Assembly (NCBI GenBank): GCA_051294905.1
Contig: CM119378.1
Span: 2,606,001-2,670,000 of the forward strand
Length of the DNA: 64,000 bases
DNA from: Botryllus schlosseri
Lineage: Eukaryota
Direction: 5' to 3'
Part shown: positions 25,855 through 38,100 of the stretch, piece after piece
Layout of the letters: each line of letters begins with the position of its first letter
How positions within the stretch are numbered: position 1 is the first letter of the stretch
The notes under the pieces: model-generated
The model's database searches: none
What the model was told of the DNA's origin: nothing
What the model saw: the letters and a program-made list of their open reading frames with translations, nothing else
Translations under genes and position numbers: made by a program

Positions 25855-27646
25855 TAGAGGTCGATCGATACTGATTTTCGCAGGCCGATACCGATACCGA
25901 TTATTGACACACTCACAAGGCCGATAACTGATAACATAGTCCGATATTAATATGAATAGCGCAGAGAGCCATATTTCGCTAAAATATTATGTACTGGGCA
26001 GGGTGGCACTTGTACATGCCACAGAAAGCTGAACAACAACCGAGCAAACTGAAATTAAAAAGAATTATTCCTGAATTGTGAATCATTGAAATCTGGGCTA
26101 CGAAATTGCAGATCAGTTCAGTAGATAGTAATGCAGGAAGCGTATAGTTTCTATGCATAATCCCGAAGTTGAACATGTCCTGCAAGAGTAAACATGTCAA
26201 TTATCGCCAGGCCTGTTTATTTTTAGGATTTCTCCAAAAATAACAAAAATAGCTTCGTTTTGGATGTTTTCAAATTTTATTTTTGGAGAATCTCCAAAAA
26301 TAAAAAATGAATGTGTTTTTAACCCTATTACTACTGGAAAACTCCACTGAGCGTATGTTATTATCATTTATTCAAGTCCTCTAACACATCGACATCATCA
26401 GTGATCTTGATATAACTTTCAAATACATCTGTCAAAAAATCAAGTTGTTGGCCTGGAGAATACCCTCTAAAGAAAAATCAGAGAGAGGCGCGCGGCCGAT
26501 ACCCTTCTCCAACTTGATTTTCGAGACCTCGACCGTCGCAATTGTGGGAAACATTGAGCCTAGGGGTTCAAAAACGGATGGATGGCTAACTCTCCAAACT
26601 CCTCAATCTTCCAAGCTTTGCTCCTGACAAGCGCTCATCAGTGATGCACTTGAAACCCTCTGATCCTCCACGAAGTTGCGTGCCTCATTGAACTTGACAA
26701 CCCAACCGCCAACACCGTCTGACCAGAAAACCTTCCTTGTGGCGTGCGTCGTTGTCCCAGTCCTCACCTGGACTGGCCGCAAGACGTTCGACCAGGCGCT
26801 GTAGCACTTGCTGCTCCTCGATTAGACTGCCAATACCCTGAAGCTTCATGACGGTGTTGCTGCTCAGCTCTGGGACCATGCGATCGAGAACGATCAGTTG
26901 GAATCACCACTGCAGCGAAGGTGCACATGCCGGACTTTTCTCGTCCATAACATTAAGGAGTTTGGTAGGGTGTCCAGTCAGCTAAGAGGCCATCTTCCTC
27001 ATTGACAAGCAATGGGCGTTAACAGACTTGGGTCACGCACTTTCCATCTCCTGGATCAAGTTCTGTGGCCGTCTGAGGTATCCAATCAGTCCCGTCCCGT
27101 GTAGACGAAGTGATTGTGACAGAGGTGGCCGTATTTGGTTTCGCTGTTCCATTTGCCTCACTCAAGCTGCCTGCCCGTCTTTTCTACGTGCCGTACTGTG
27201 AAACTTATAGGAGTACAAAGACGGAGGGGGCGGGAAGGCAAGGTTAGCAGAAACGTGGAGTGGAATGAGTGGAACTAGTTTTAGCGTTTCGGTGACCCCT
27301 TCCCTAACACACAGGCTATTTTTTGTGTGTTTTTATGAGTTTCCTGGTTGTTTACATCGCTCTGACTTGTTCATTTCACTGAAAAACCTGAAAAATCTTC
27401 ATCCAAAAATATCTTATTTTTGGATGTTTTCAAATCTTATTTTTGGAGAATCTCCAAAAATAAAACCCAATATCCAAAAATAAACAGGCCTGCGTATCAC
27501 CCTTTGCGTCATCGATTTCTTGAGATTGAGAACTCGGAGCATTGAATTTCCAATACTTTTGATTTTTTTTGATAAAAATCATAATCGGGGAACGTTCCAA
27601 ATATCGGCCTCGATAATCGGCCAGGTCGATTAGCGGCCGACCTCTA
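25855..27646. mobile_element. hAT-type MITE with CCGATA repeats, containing a nested element
   Basis: Termini TAGAGGTCGA...CCGACCTCTA; 8-bp TSD ATATCAAT. Confidence 0.88.
26208..27492. mobile_element. Nested hAT-type element with GC-richer internal cargo
   Basis: TIR CAGGCCTGTTTATTTTT, related to the family B TIR; TSD degenerate. Confidence 0.8.
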
Positions 27647-28021
27647 ATATCAATGTCGAACGTTTTTTCCAACATGCGGCGGACAATTGCAATGTTTTAT
27701 CGCCGCAAATCATTTTGGCCACGCACACAGCGCACAGAGTCGCATGTCGCAAGAACCTGTATGTTTATTTATCAAATAATTTTAGCTTTTTCCATTTTGG
27801 AAACTTCTGTGACATGTTGTGCAACAAAACTGTTGTCGTTTTCGTCACTCGTGCCGGGGTTTGCCGTCCCCTGTTCTATTCCATGTGTAATATAGAGAGC
27901 AACTTTTGATTGTCAAGAATTTCAGCAATTGTTCTGATAGCGACTTTGTAGGTGCACAAAACATTTATAATACTCACGATCTTATACACGTAGCCGTTGG
28001 TCGAAAATATAGGGTTTAACT

Positions 28022-28612
28022 TGGGGATGGTGTGAACGTGAGGTAAACGTTCGTGTTCTGTGTATCAACCTCCAAAATTTTATAGGTGGGCGTTCACAAA
28101 CGAACCTTAGTATAGGTTCTGCACCGTGAACCTTTTTCATTTATTAAAATATTTCACGTCATTATAACACTTTTGTTTGAATTTGCATTTCAATAAACTT
28201 TGGGCCACTGTTCGCATGGCGTTGACAGCATAAAAATAAATTCAGCAGTTAACGAGCCTTGCCAATTTCGAACAATTCACTTTCTTTGTTACAAAAGTTT
28301 GCTCGAAATATTCAACTTTCCGTTTATGAATATTCAGTGACTCTCGGCTGTGAGCGTGGCCCGCAATCACACAACACCAAGAATGAAACACACTATATAT
28401 ACATAGGTAGTCAGCGAATTATGCTTATTCAACCAATCACTGAAATTGATAAAGGATACATATTTGTCCAATGTAAAAAATATAGTTGGCGTGCGCCGTA
28501 CGGGATCCACCTTGATTTGATATGCTTATCGCTTATAGTATCATAAAAACCAAATCCGTGCGATTGGGGTGTTGGCTACTGTATAGCTTGATTATGAGAG
28601 AATATCGGTAGC
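28022..28612 (-). mobile_element. Truncated, diverged MITE family A copy
   Basis: Starts TGGGGATGGTGTGAACGTGAGG and follows the reverse complement of family A for ~600 bp. Confidence 0.85.
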
Positions 28613-30940
28613 AATACCGGAGCTCTATTTATACTTGGAGGGGGCTTCATTTGTTTGAGCAAGTTTTGAGAAGTTGTTGTAATTGATGGGGTATGTTGCT
28701 CCATCATAAGATCAATCACTACACACTTTTGAAACCCTACCCACTACTTCCGTGCTCAATTTTACCTATAAAATCAGGAATTTGCTTGTAACTTTTTTCC
28801 TCTTCATTTTCAAGAGTAAGTTCTATGGAAGGGAGATAGAAACATGTTGCTTCCGCATCTTTTAAGCCCAAAACTGACTTTCTGGTGTAAGTCATTATCA
28901 AGATATGGCGAAATTAGCTATTTTCGGCTCGTTCGGTGAAATTGCACGACCCCGAGAGGGTGAACAAACTCAAAATCATGATAGAATATATTTATTTGCT
29001 ATTTGGCACCACATATCGAGACCCTTTTTTGAAATTCAAAAATTTTCATTTTTCACTCCGCCCTACTGCACAGACGAATCAAATAGAATTCCGCCAAAGG
29101 GGCGATATAAAGTTTCGTTGTACGCAAATTAATATACAACGACACCCACACTACAGCAGAACTATTTTGTCTGGGCGGAGGTGGTCACGAATCCTTTCCG
29201 GGCCCGGCGTAGATTTCATCAGTTTTGGTTAAAGTCGGACTGGATGGGGCCAAGTGGCTTTGAGAGTCGGATTTATACTAGATTTCACCCTCAAAATATG
29301 TGGTAATAACAGGACTTTACGAGCCAGTCGGATTTTTGGCCTCCGATTTGGTGACCCGAGTCGGGGTCGATTCAGACTTCAAAATCTCCCGCTCATCTTT
29401 ACACTTCACCGAAAGCAGGCTACATTGCATCACGGAGGATTTGTCACAATTCATCCCCCGTTATTGCACCACCGAAACCGAGCGCGTTTCAGCAAAATAA
29501 GGCCAGTCCACCGATCCACGGTGAAGCGAGCTATCCCGATTCGTCACTATATAATTGAATCTGACATCGTACTCGTAGTTCCCGAGTTCGACCGCCAAAT
29601 GCGAGGTTCGAAGGGGTGACACAGCAATTCTCTGACGGTAACACTCCGCCGAATCAATATATCCTTAGTATGATATTGTAAATATGTTTGGAGGTGTTGG
29701 CATAACAAGTGTTGAGGATATTTTACGGCACACGCGAACACAACTGAATGTCTACAGCAAAATTAGTCGCCCTCGAACGAAAAGTGCGTGGTGAGCTCGT
29801 GATCGATATGTATGTTACAGACTGGCAAAGCATTAGTTCGCCGACAGACCGATTCAAGTTGTACATAATGTATTATACTGATAATCTTTGTTTGTTTATT
29901 ATAAATCTTGCATGCGCCCATTCCGCCCATTTGTATAACTACTAAACTCCGTTCTGTTCTACTCCAAAAGGAACCAACAATTCATTACCAGAGGTTAAAT
30001 GACGAGGAAAAACATTTGTTAATGACATCACGAAAGCAATGTAATTTACAAGCTGTATACAGTTGATATGAACACTGTACCAAGTTTTCAGTTTGTCGCT
30101 GAACTATGTGGGTGGTAATGTCGTTTCCTATAACTCGAGTGACTCGCCATTTATCGCTAACAGATTTTACGCAAAACCAGTATTCGTCTCTATTGATTTT
30201 AGCAATACTCCATACCTAGATATGTCAAGTACTTTTGCACGGTATGTCTTGATTTTAGTATCGAACGCCGTGCCAAGTCTCAAGGTTGACACTCAATGAT
30301 TATGGCAGTAATTTCGTTTTAGAGGTCGAGTATGGTAGAGATGTACGGTGATCTGACACATAAGCATAACTACCGCATTGCGGATTTCACGCAAAAGTCG
30401 GTGTTTGTCCGTGCTAATTTTAACTGTGTTTCATACTGAGATAGGTGATGAGATGATGGTCTCATGAAACAGTTTACTAAAGATTCTCGGTTTGCATTCA
30501 AATGTTTACTTTATTTTATATTCTCCATTGTCAATTTCACCGCGAAATAGTGGCCTTCAAGCCATTTGGGGCAGTGTCCCTAGTTCGACCGAAATTCGGT
30601 ATCGTAATCTGAAGCAAGTGGTCTGCTGCAATCGGTGTCTCGATATTACCCGATGGCCGACATTGCCTGACTCGAGTTGATTTGTTTATATTCCAAGACA
30701 TCTTTTTCCGAAGTAGTAACCACTAGTGAACTTTTATAGACAACACTTTTTCATGGCCGACCACGAGATATTTGTGGCCGCAAGTGGCCACGGGAAAGCT
30801 GAGAACTCTACTGCAGAACAATGTCCGTTTTGTGTTCCAATACCCGTAGACCTTATTGTTCAGTTGCGGAAAATTTATTCACAACAAAACTACAACTACC
30901 GACTTTAATCGCACCACGACGTCGTTTCGAATCCCGTTTC

Positions 30941-32093
30941 TCAAAAGATTTGCACTCTGTGGTTGCCACAGTCAGTGACCGCGATCCCTCCTTCTGACAA
31001 AACGCAAACTCCTTCCGGCCTCTTCAACTGTCCCGGTTCAGATCCCTCGCTGCCGAAACAAGACACGAAGGACCCGTCCCTCGTGAAAATCTGAACCCGG
31101 TGGTTGCCATCGTCGCAAACGATTATGTTACCCTGATGATCTGTGGCGACACCTCGCGGATCCTTGAACTGAAACTCGTCCGTTCCTTCCGTTCCAAACC
31201 GGAGAAGATGGCGAGCACGAGTCGCAAACATACGTACGTACGAGTCGAAAACATGAACTCTGTGATTGCAGTCACTGACGACCACCTGCGAAAATGTGAA
31301 CGATCGCGAGAGTCCACACCGAACCGACGACTCACGTACTCTGCCGTCTGAAGTCACAGAAAGATATCGCGGTTTTTCGAAACGCTTTTCGACCGAACCG
31401 AACCACCGATACCACTTTCCCTCCTCCGAAAAAACTTGAACTCTGTGATTGCCTGCGTCACAAACGTAAATCAATCCCTTGTCGTCCGTCGCTACTCCCA
31501 TAGGACTGACCAGTTCTCCATCTCCTGAACAAAAACTGACGTCACTATAGCCGACCACTGTCACGTCAACCACACAACGTCACCTGATCCTTTGCCACCG
31601 AACTTGCGAACGAACTTTCCCTGTTCGTCGAATATTTGGATTCGGTGATTCCCAAAGTCCGAGGCGACAATATGTCCATGTGACGTCACACACACGTCGT
31701 GCACCAGATTGAATTGACCTTCTGCTGTTCCTTCGCTCCCGATGATTCCCTTCACTCGTCCGTTCACGTCGAAGATCTGAAATCACCAAAATTGCAGCCG
31801 TAGGAAACTTGTGAAGCAAACCAACGAACCTGAATCCGATGGTTGTGTAAATCTGCGACCACGATGTCCTCAGAGGACGTTGAGCAAATGCCACCTGGAC
31901 TATTCATCTGCCCTGCGCCGATGCCGTACGTCCCGAAATATCTGAGATTAGATTTCGACGTTTTGATTTCAGGCGTTATGACGTTACTAAAACCTATTCA
32001 CTTTTCCACTCACTCTGTCACTCGTCCTTTGTTTAGATATCGCTGGAAGACTTCGTGTCGACGCCACGGCAAGGCCGATGAAATGAGTTCCAT
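30941..32093 (-). CDS. Stand-alone six-NHL-repeat beta-propeller protein (TRIM2/3/71-type NHL repeats), ~304 aa; exons 32093-32014, 31941-31830, 31776-31584, 31524-31340, 31285-30941
   Basis: Repeated FG..G...GQF..P.GV......I.V.D.GNHR(I/V)Q(I/V)F motifs; four GT-AG introns of 72, 53, 59 and 54 bp restore one frame. The start codon is uncertain because an AG lies just upstream, so more 5' exons are possible. Confidence 0.9.
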
Positions 32094-32166
32094 ATCTACA
32101 AATGTTTAATTCTTGATATATTTTTCTTCATGGCGGCAGGAAATATGTGGAGGTAATACGTAATAC

Positions 32167-32750
32167 CAGGGTTGTAATGACTCGAGTCATGACTCGACTC
32201 GAGTCAGACTCGAGTCATGATTTTCGGATGACTCGACTCGACTCGAGTCATTTTCTCAAAATACGGAATTGACTCGACTCGACTCGAGTCAATCTGTGTA
32301 TTGACTCGACTTGGACTCGAGTCATTGCGCATGACTCGAAGCAAGTCATTGACTCGAGATTCAGACTGCGAAGACCGACATTTCATTGTAATTTCGAAGC
32401 CAACACACTATTGGGATTTCGTTTTTTGGTACTGGTGCTTGAAAATGCGACCAGAAACTGCTAAAAGTGAGGAAAATTGATATATTATAAATGCGAGCCA
32501 TTCAATATCACCAAACAGAGTTAGAAAAGTGGGTTTAGGAAGACTTTAACTGGAAACTGAGCAGTCAATACAAGGACTTGGACTCGGACTCGAGTCATAA
32601 TATCATGACTCGGATTCGATCCTCTGTTCGCTGACTTGGACTCGGACTTGACTCGGTTGGAATTGAAAATGACTCGACTTGACTCGAGTCAAAAATATAA
32701 AAGTGAGATTGACTTGTGACTCGGAGCCTTGTGACTTGGTTACAACCCTG
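32167..32750 (+). mobile_element. hAT MITE family D (GACTC/GAGTC repeats)
   Basis: TIR CAGGGTTGTAA; 8-bp TSD CGTAATAC; inverted copy at 46697-47264. Confidence 0.95.
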
Positions 32751-32814
32751 CGTAATACCTCTGGTGCACAATGGACATCCCCCATGGCCCATAGAGTCCG
32801 GTTTTAAAGCGACA

Positions 32815-33426
32815 TCAATGTTTCCTACTTTTATGATCCTCCCTGAGGTGATATTCTCCTGAAGTGTCTGTCCATATCTCGTTATCTTTGGCGTTTCTTA
32901 GAGATCCATCCTTATCCACGAGTATATTCGAGCCGTTATGTACTTGAAAGTTGGCATGGGGGATGTCTGACCCGATTTGTATTGTTACGAAGACCTTTCC
33001 ATCTTCTATTCCTGACTCAGCAAATCCGAGATGGCGACGAGGCTTTATGGTCGTAAATCCAGGATCATTCGTCACATACTTTCTCTTTTGATCTGATCAC
33101 AAAAATCGTGGAAGTAGGATTTAAATGCCAATGTCGGGTAAAATCGGAATACATTGTATGTGGATGATTGCGAAATTGTAGATACTTACGATTTTTGTAC
33201 GATGCTCCTATTTTAGCTTCACTCATGCCTAGTGTGCCTTTGGCTGCCGTTTCTTCCTCACTTATTTCAATCCTATTAGCTTTTACACATACACGGATAT
33301 CTTCGTAATAGCCATTAGCAACGTGTGTCATGTGCTTGCTTTTTTCCTGGCCTGCGGTGAACAAAATCAAATAATAAAGAGGGTTACTATCATCAATACT
33401 GAAATATAAAATGTAGACTCACCCAT
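32815..33426 (-). CDS. 147-aa uncharacterised protein with an N-myristoylation motif; coding exons 33426-33423, 33351-33190, 33092-32815
   Basis: ATGG|GTGAGT, CCGCAG|, AATC|GTAAGT and GATCAG| give a 444-nt ORF: MGQEKSKHMTHVANGYYEDIRVCV...DPGFTTIKP...KVFVTI...NILVDKDGSLRNAKDNEIWTDTSGEYH... Confidence 0.8.
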
Positions 33427-33557
33427 GTTAAATGTTGCTGAAAAAAACTTTCTCAAGTAATCTTGCACAATTAAAATAGGGACCGCATCCGTAGGTCTAT
33501 AGAGAGCGCTAAACAGAAGATAAACAATCATACTTTTTGCTGGTGTTGACTTGCGCA

Positions 33558-33950
33558 AAGGAATGGTGTGAACGTGAGGTTCACGTTAGCGTTTCGTGAG
33601 TGAAACTAGGAAGTTTGAAGGTTCGCGTTTACAAACGAACCTTGGTTGGGTTGAAACCATTAAAAGCTTTCATGTCTTTACGGCGTCATTGGTTGAATTT
33701 CTTTGCCCTTCAACTATGGACCACTCTCCTCATGGCGCAGGCAGCGTGAAAATAAATTCAGCAACTAAACGAGAATGCACCTTGCCAATTTCAAAAATTA
33801 TTTACTCGAATATTTGCTCGGGATTCTCAGCTTTCTGTTTGTGAATCCTTGGTGACTCTCCGCTGTGAGCTTAGCCCGCAATCCCACAAAATAGGAAAAA
33901 CGAAATACGTAGGACGTCAGCGACTTTCGCTCAGTCAATCAATCAATTAC
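33558..33950 (-). mobile_element. Diverged half copy of MITE family A
   Basis: Starts AAGGAATGGTGTGAACGTGAGGTTCACG and matches the reverse complement of the family A right half. Confidence 0.8.
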
Positions 33951-35129
33951 ACTGGTCTACTCGAGTTTGGCGTCAGGATTTCTTTTGCTCAATATTACCG
34001 AATTTGGGGGAGCTGAATTTCGCGTCATTTTCGTTTATCACGTCACGATTTCTGAGGAAATATATAAAACGATTAATACTACTTTTGCTAGGTAGCCTAC
34101 TCAAGTACATTTTGCCTACTTGCACTTCTTACTGAAATGTTTTCACACCAATTCCACTTCTACCGAGCAATCCGAACAGTATTTTGGATAAACTATTTTA
34201 TTTTGCAATTTGAATTTTGAAAAGTAGAAAGTAGTTCAGGGAAAAGATTGCACCACTCGTATCAGTTAAATTACATTGGTCAACACATTTTTTTTTACTT
34301 TGATCAGACAAGTTATTTTGACTGACGTTGATCAGACAAGCATCCTATAACCAAAAATGGGTGAAAGCATCGCCCTAGATCGATACCAGTACCTATATTC
34401 TTAATAATTCAATTAAGCCCATGGCTATAAAACTTATTATTTATGGTAAGGTGTGGATTTTTATATGGTATGGAAAAGTAATATGGCTAAATCCTTGAAA
34501 ATTTGGATATTTTGGGCATATGTCGTAGAGCAGGGGTTCTGGTTGATTGGTTTGCCCAGAAATGACCCCGAACGCCAGACTTCTTCTCATATATTTGCGA
34601 GCTTAAAGTGATAATTGCCTCTGCACCGAAAAAGTGACAGTAATTCAATGCTTGCTCGCTCACGCATTGAAACAGAAAGTTCGGTTCTATGGTGGAAGAG
34701 TTTGAAGGTGCATATAACGACTTGGTAACGAATTCAATACACGCTCCATGAAAGGAGTTACTTGCGCCGCTGGAAGATACTTATTCTCACAAAAATACAG
34801 AAACTGCAAACTTACGAACACCGTCCATCAAAATGTCCTAAATACCCGTATATGATTGGTAGATAGGCGCGCTACAGAAGCCCAAATTTAATAGTAGCCC
34901 AAAAATACATGGTAATAATGTTCTGTGGCCCGCAGCGTCATTTACTGTTGAAATGCGGCCCGTTGTATAACGGAAGTTGAGAACCCCTGTGACGTAGAGC
35001 AAAAGCTTGACGAGATAGAAGAAAACCAGCAGCATATTGGGAATTAGCACGGTAAAATTAGCTTAAATCAAGTGCAAAACCAAAGTCAACAAATTTTTCG
35101 TTCAAAGTGATTGCCTAGCCCCAAAAGCA

Positions 35130-38100
35130 CTGTAACTGAATATATTTTCGAAGATTGCAGTTCGGTTCATTAGCAATTTTATCATTTCGCTGGTTGTCGA
35201 GACATACAGCCTGCACCCAACTCTTACAGCAGAAATCGGTATAAGTTTTCGGGCGTTTTGCCCGCAAGCCACATGTGGTCATATGCATAATTTCGCCTCG
35301 CAATATACGGCTGCATCAGTGCTTTGGTAACCTTGTATTTGGTGATCGTTTTTCATTCGAATGGCATGCATGATACAGTTGTGACCAGAATATTATGCAT
35401 TTTAGACGAAAATATTGGCAAGATAATGTTCACCATCGAACCCTTATATGATTTCTATTAGGGATGGTGTGAACCTTTGAAAGGTTCAGGTTCTTGTGAA
35501 CGCGAACCTTTTTGAAAGGTTCTGTGTGAACGCGAACGTGAACCTCATGACGTTACGTGACGTCATATTGTTAATTCTAACCCTGTCTTTCACGGAAGTG
35601 ATAGCCTATATTAATGTAAACGATACCTAGCGACGACTCGGGCCACATAATGCAACAATGCTGAAGTACATATTGACGTTTTAAACGTCGCCAAATGTAT
35701 CAACTGAGGCAATGAAAGGATATAATATACTCCCATAAAATAAATATCTTCCGTCTTTGCCAACAATTTCGACGAGGACTCACCAGGGAATACACGCTAA
35801 CCCCTTAACGGTCTAGGCCAGACCGGACAATGTATGTTCGGCGTCTGAGTATTGCTACATTGATATTGAGCAAAGTGTAAAATGTGTTTCTACTTGCTAC
35901 CGATATTACCCCATTAAGAAGTTATGCAGCAGTAGCCAACACCTCAATCGCACGGATTTGGTTTTAATGATGCAGTAGAGATATGAAGTCAAGATTGACC
36001 ATGACCCCGTATACGCCTTCTCGAATTTTTACATCAGAAAACGATATCAAACATACTTCGCTCGTGATGTTGTGTGATTGCGGGTCGAGCTCACAGCAGA
36101 GAGTCACTAAATATTCACAAACGGAAAGCTGTATATTCCGAGCAAACTTTTGTAACAAAGCAAGTAAAACTTTTGAGATTGCCAAGGTGCATGCTCGTTT
36201 GGTGTTGATTTTTAATGCTGCCAGCTCCATGCATAGAGTGGCCCGCAGTTGAAATGCAATAAATTTGAACCAAAGATGTTATAACGAAGTGAAAATTGTA
36301 ATATATGAAAAAGGTTCACAGTGCAGAACCTACCAAGGTTCTGTTGTGAACGCGAACCTCTAAATTTCAGAGGTTCACACACAGAACGCGAGCGTGAACC
36401 TCACGTTCACACCATCCCTAATTTCTATAATTTCTCTTCGTCAGTACCTCCATCAAACTACCACAATATGCCCCACTGCCAGAATTAATCGCGCGGGGAT
36501 AATTTTAGTCATTTCCAGAAAAGGAATCACATCTAGCTCTCGCCCGAGATTTCAATATGTGCGAAACAGCAGCACGCACCGTCGCACCCGTGTGATGAAC
36601 ATACGTTAAGAATTTCATATCTGCCATTTTTAATTTACTCATGACATGGTATGCGTCCTTTGCGATATCGTCGACAACATCATCAGCAACATCAACACCA
36701 GTGCAAGCTATGTATGATCGTGGAAGTTGTTTTGTCATTATACCAGAGTTGCCAAGATTTCCACAGCAGACTTGGACAACTAGAAAATTTTCAGCTTTTC
36801 TTAATTAGATTAGAATGAGAATTAGAGCGTCACATCTTTCCCAAATTATATTTGAATTAGAATTACAATTTATGAATTCGCAAAAAGTGGAAAATTGAAT
36901 GAGATTGTGAATTATAAATAAATACAGCGCAAATCAAGCTCAGTTCATATCAAATTACAGTGCATTCTCATAAACGCGCGTCAACGAAGATATACCATAT
37001 GATCAGGACTGAATACAAGAAAACGCATTGCTCTGTCAAGTATGCCGGACCCCAATTGGGGAACAGCATCTCGCCGGCTATCCGACAGTCGTCGAGCACG
37101 TCCGCATTCAAGTCGAAATACAAGCAATTTCTTCTAAATGAATACTAGCCAGTCTTCAGGATTACCGGACCACGACCTAACATCGACCTCGCCCTCCGCC
37201 ACATGCCACCTCATTTTGTCGCTTGCGTCTTATATTCTCTGCATTACTTTTCATTCAGTGTGCATGCCTCTTCTTTACTTCGCCTAGGCTTAAGTTGGTG
37301 TCTGATCTTAAAGGCTACTCCGAGCTGTTTCGACACCTTCCTATCTTTTCATTGTATCGCAGTCTCGTGATGTTTTGAAACGATGAAAATATTAATAAAC
37401 CTGATTGATTGATTGAAAACATAAGAATGGTTTACGTCTGTAAATCAAGCTTGTCTCCTTTTTCACTATACCAGGGGTCACCAACACGCGGGCCACATGC
37501 GGCCAACGATCTGATTTGTGATTTTGGAAAAACGCGACGCCTTGACGTAAAATGGGCCAGACACTGCCAAGAGCGAGACGCTTAGAAAACGGCCTAGGGC
37601 TTTCCGACAAGATCAATCTTTAGGATGAGATAGTCTTTCAGCTATTAACATGTCCGCATATCCCCAATATCGATTCACCAGCCGCTGAAAAGCCTGGTAA
37701 TAGGTATCGTGCGCAGCTTATAGTTCAAATTAAATGAAATTTACGATCATGATATTTCATATTTTATATGCAGGCCTACTTCCTTAATAGAATATTACGT
37801 CATTTGTCGTAACCAAGCCCATCGCCCATGTTAGTGAGCACGGTGTTATAAAGCTTCAAAAACATGGTTGCTCAACTGTGTGTAGGTGATTTTTTCTCGA
37901 TATTACATTATTGCATGGCTCTCTTGCATGTCTGCAAAAAGCTAATATTGCAGTCATGCCTACGAGTTCTCGAGCAGCAGCCTTAAGATGAGGAAAACGA
38001 TTTTCTCCTCTCCAGTAACTCAAAACGTCGCAGTCCGTGATCTCATGCTCTGCTTCGAAATCTCTTTCTACTTCGTTCTCTAATATATTTGCTTCAGTTG

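Noticed and set aside
32175..32370. Regular GACTCGAGTC repeats suggesting a CRISPR-like array
   Set aside because: These are subterminal repeats of a hAT MITE in a eukaryotic context, with no constant repeat-spacer period.
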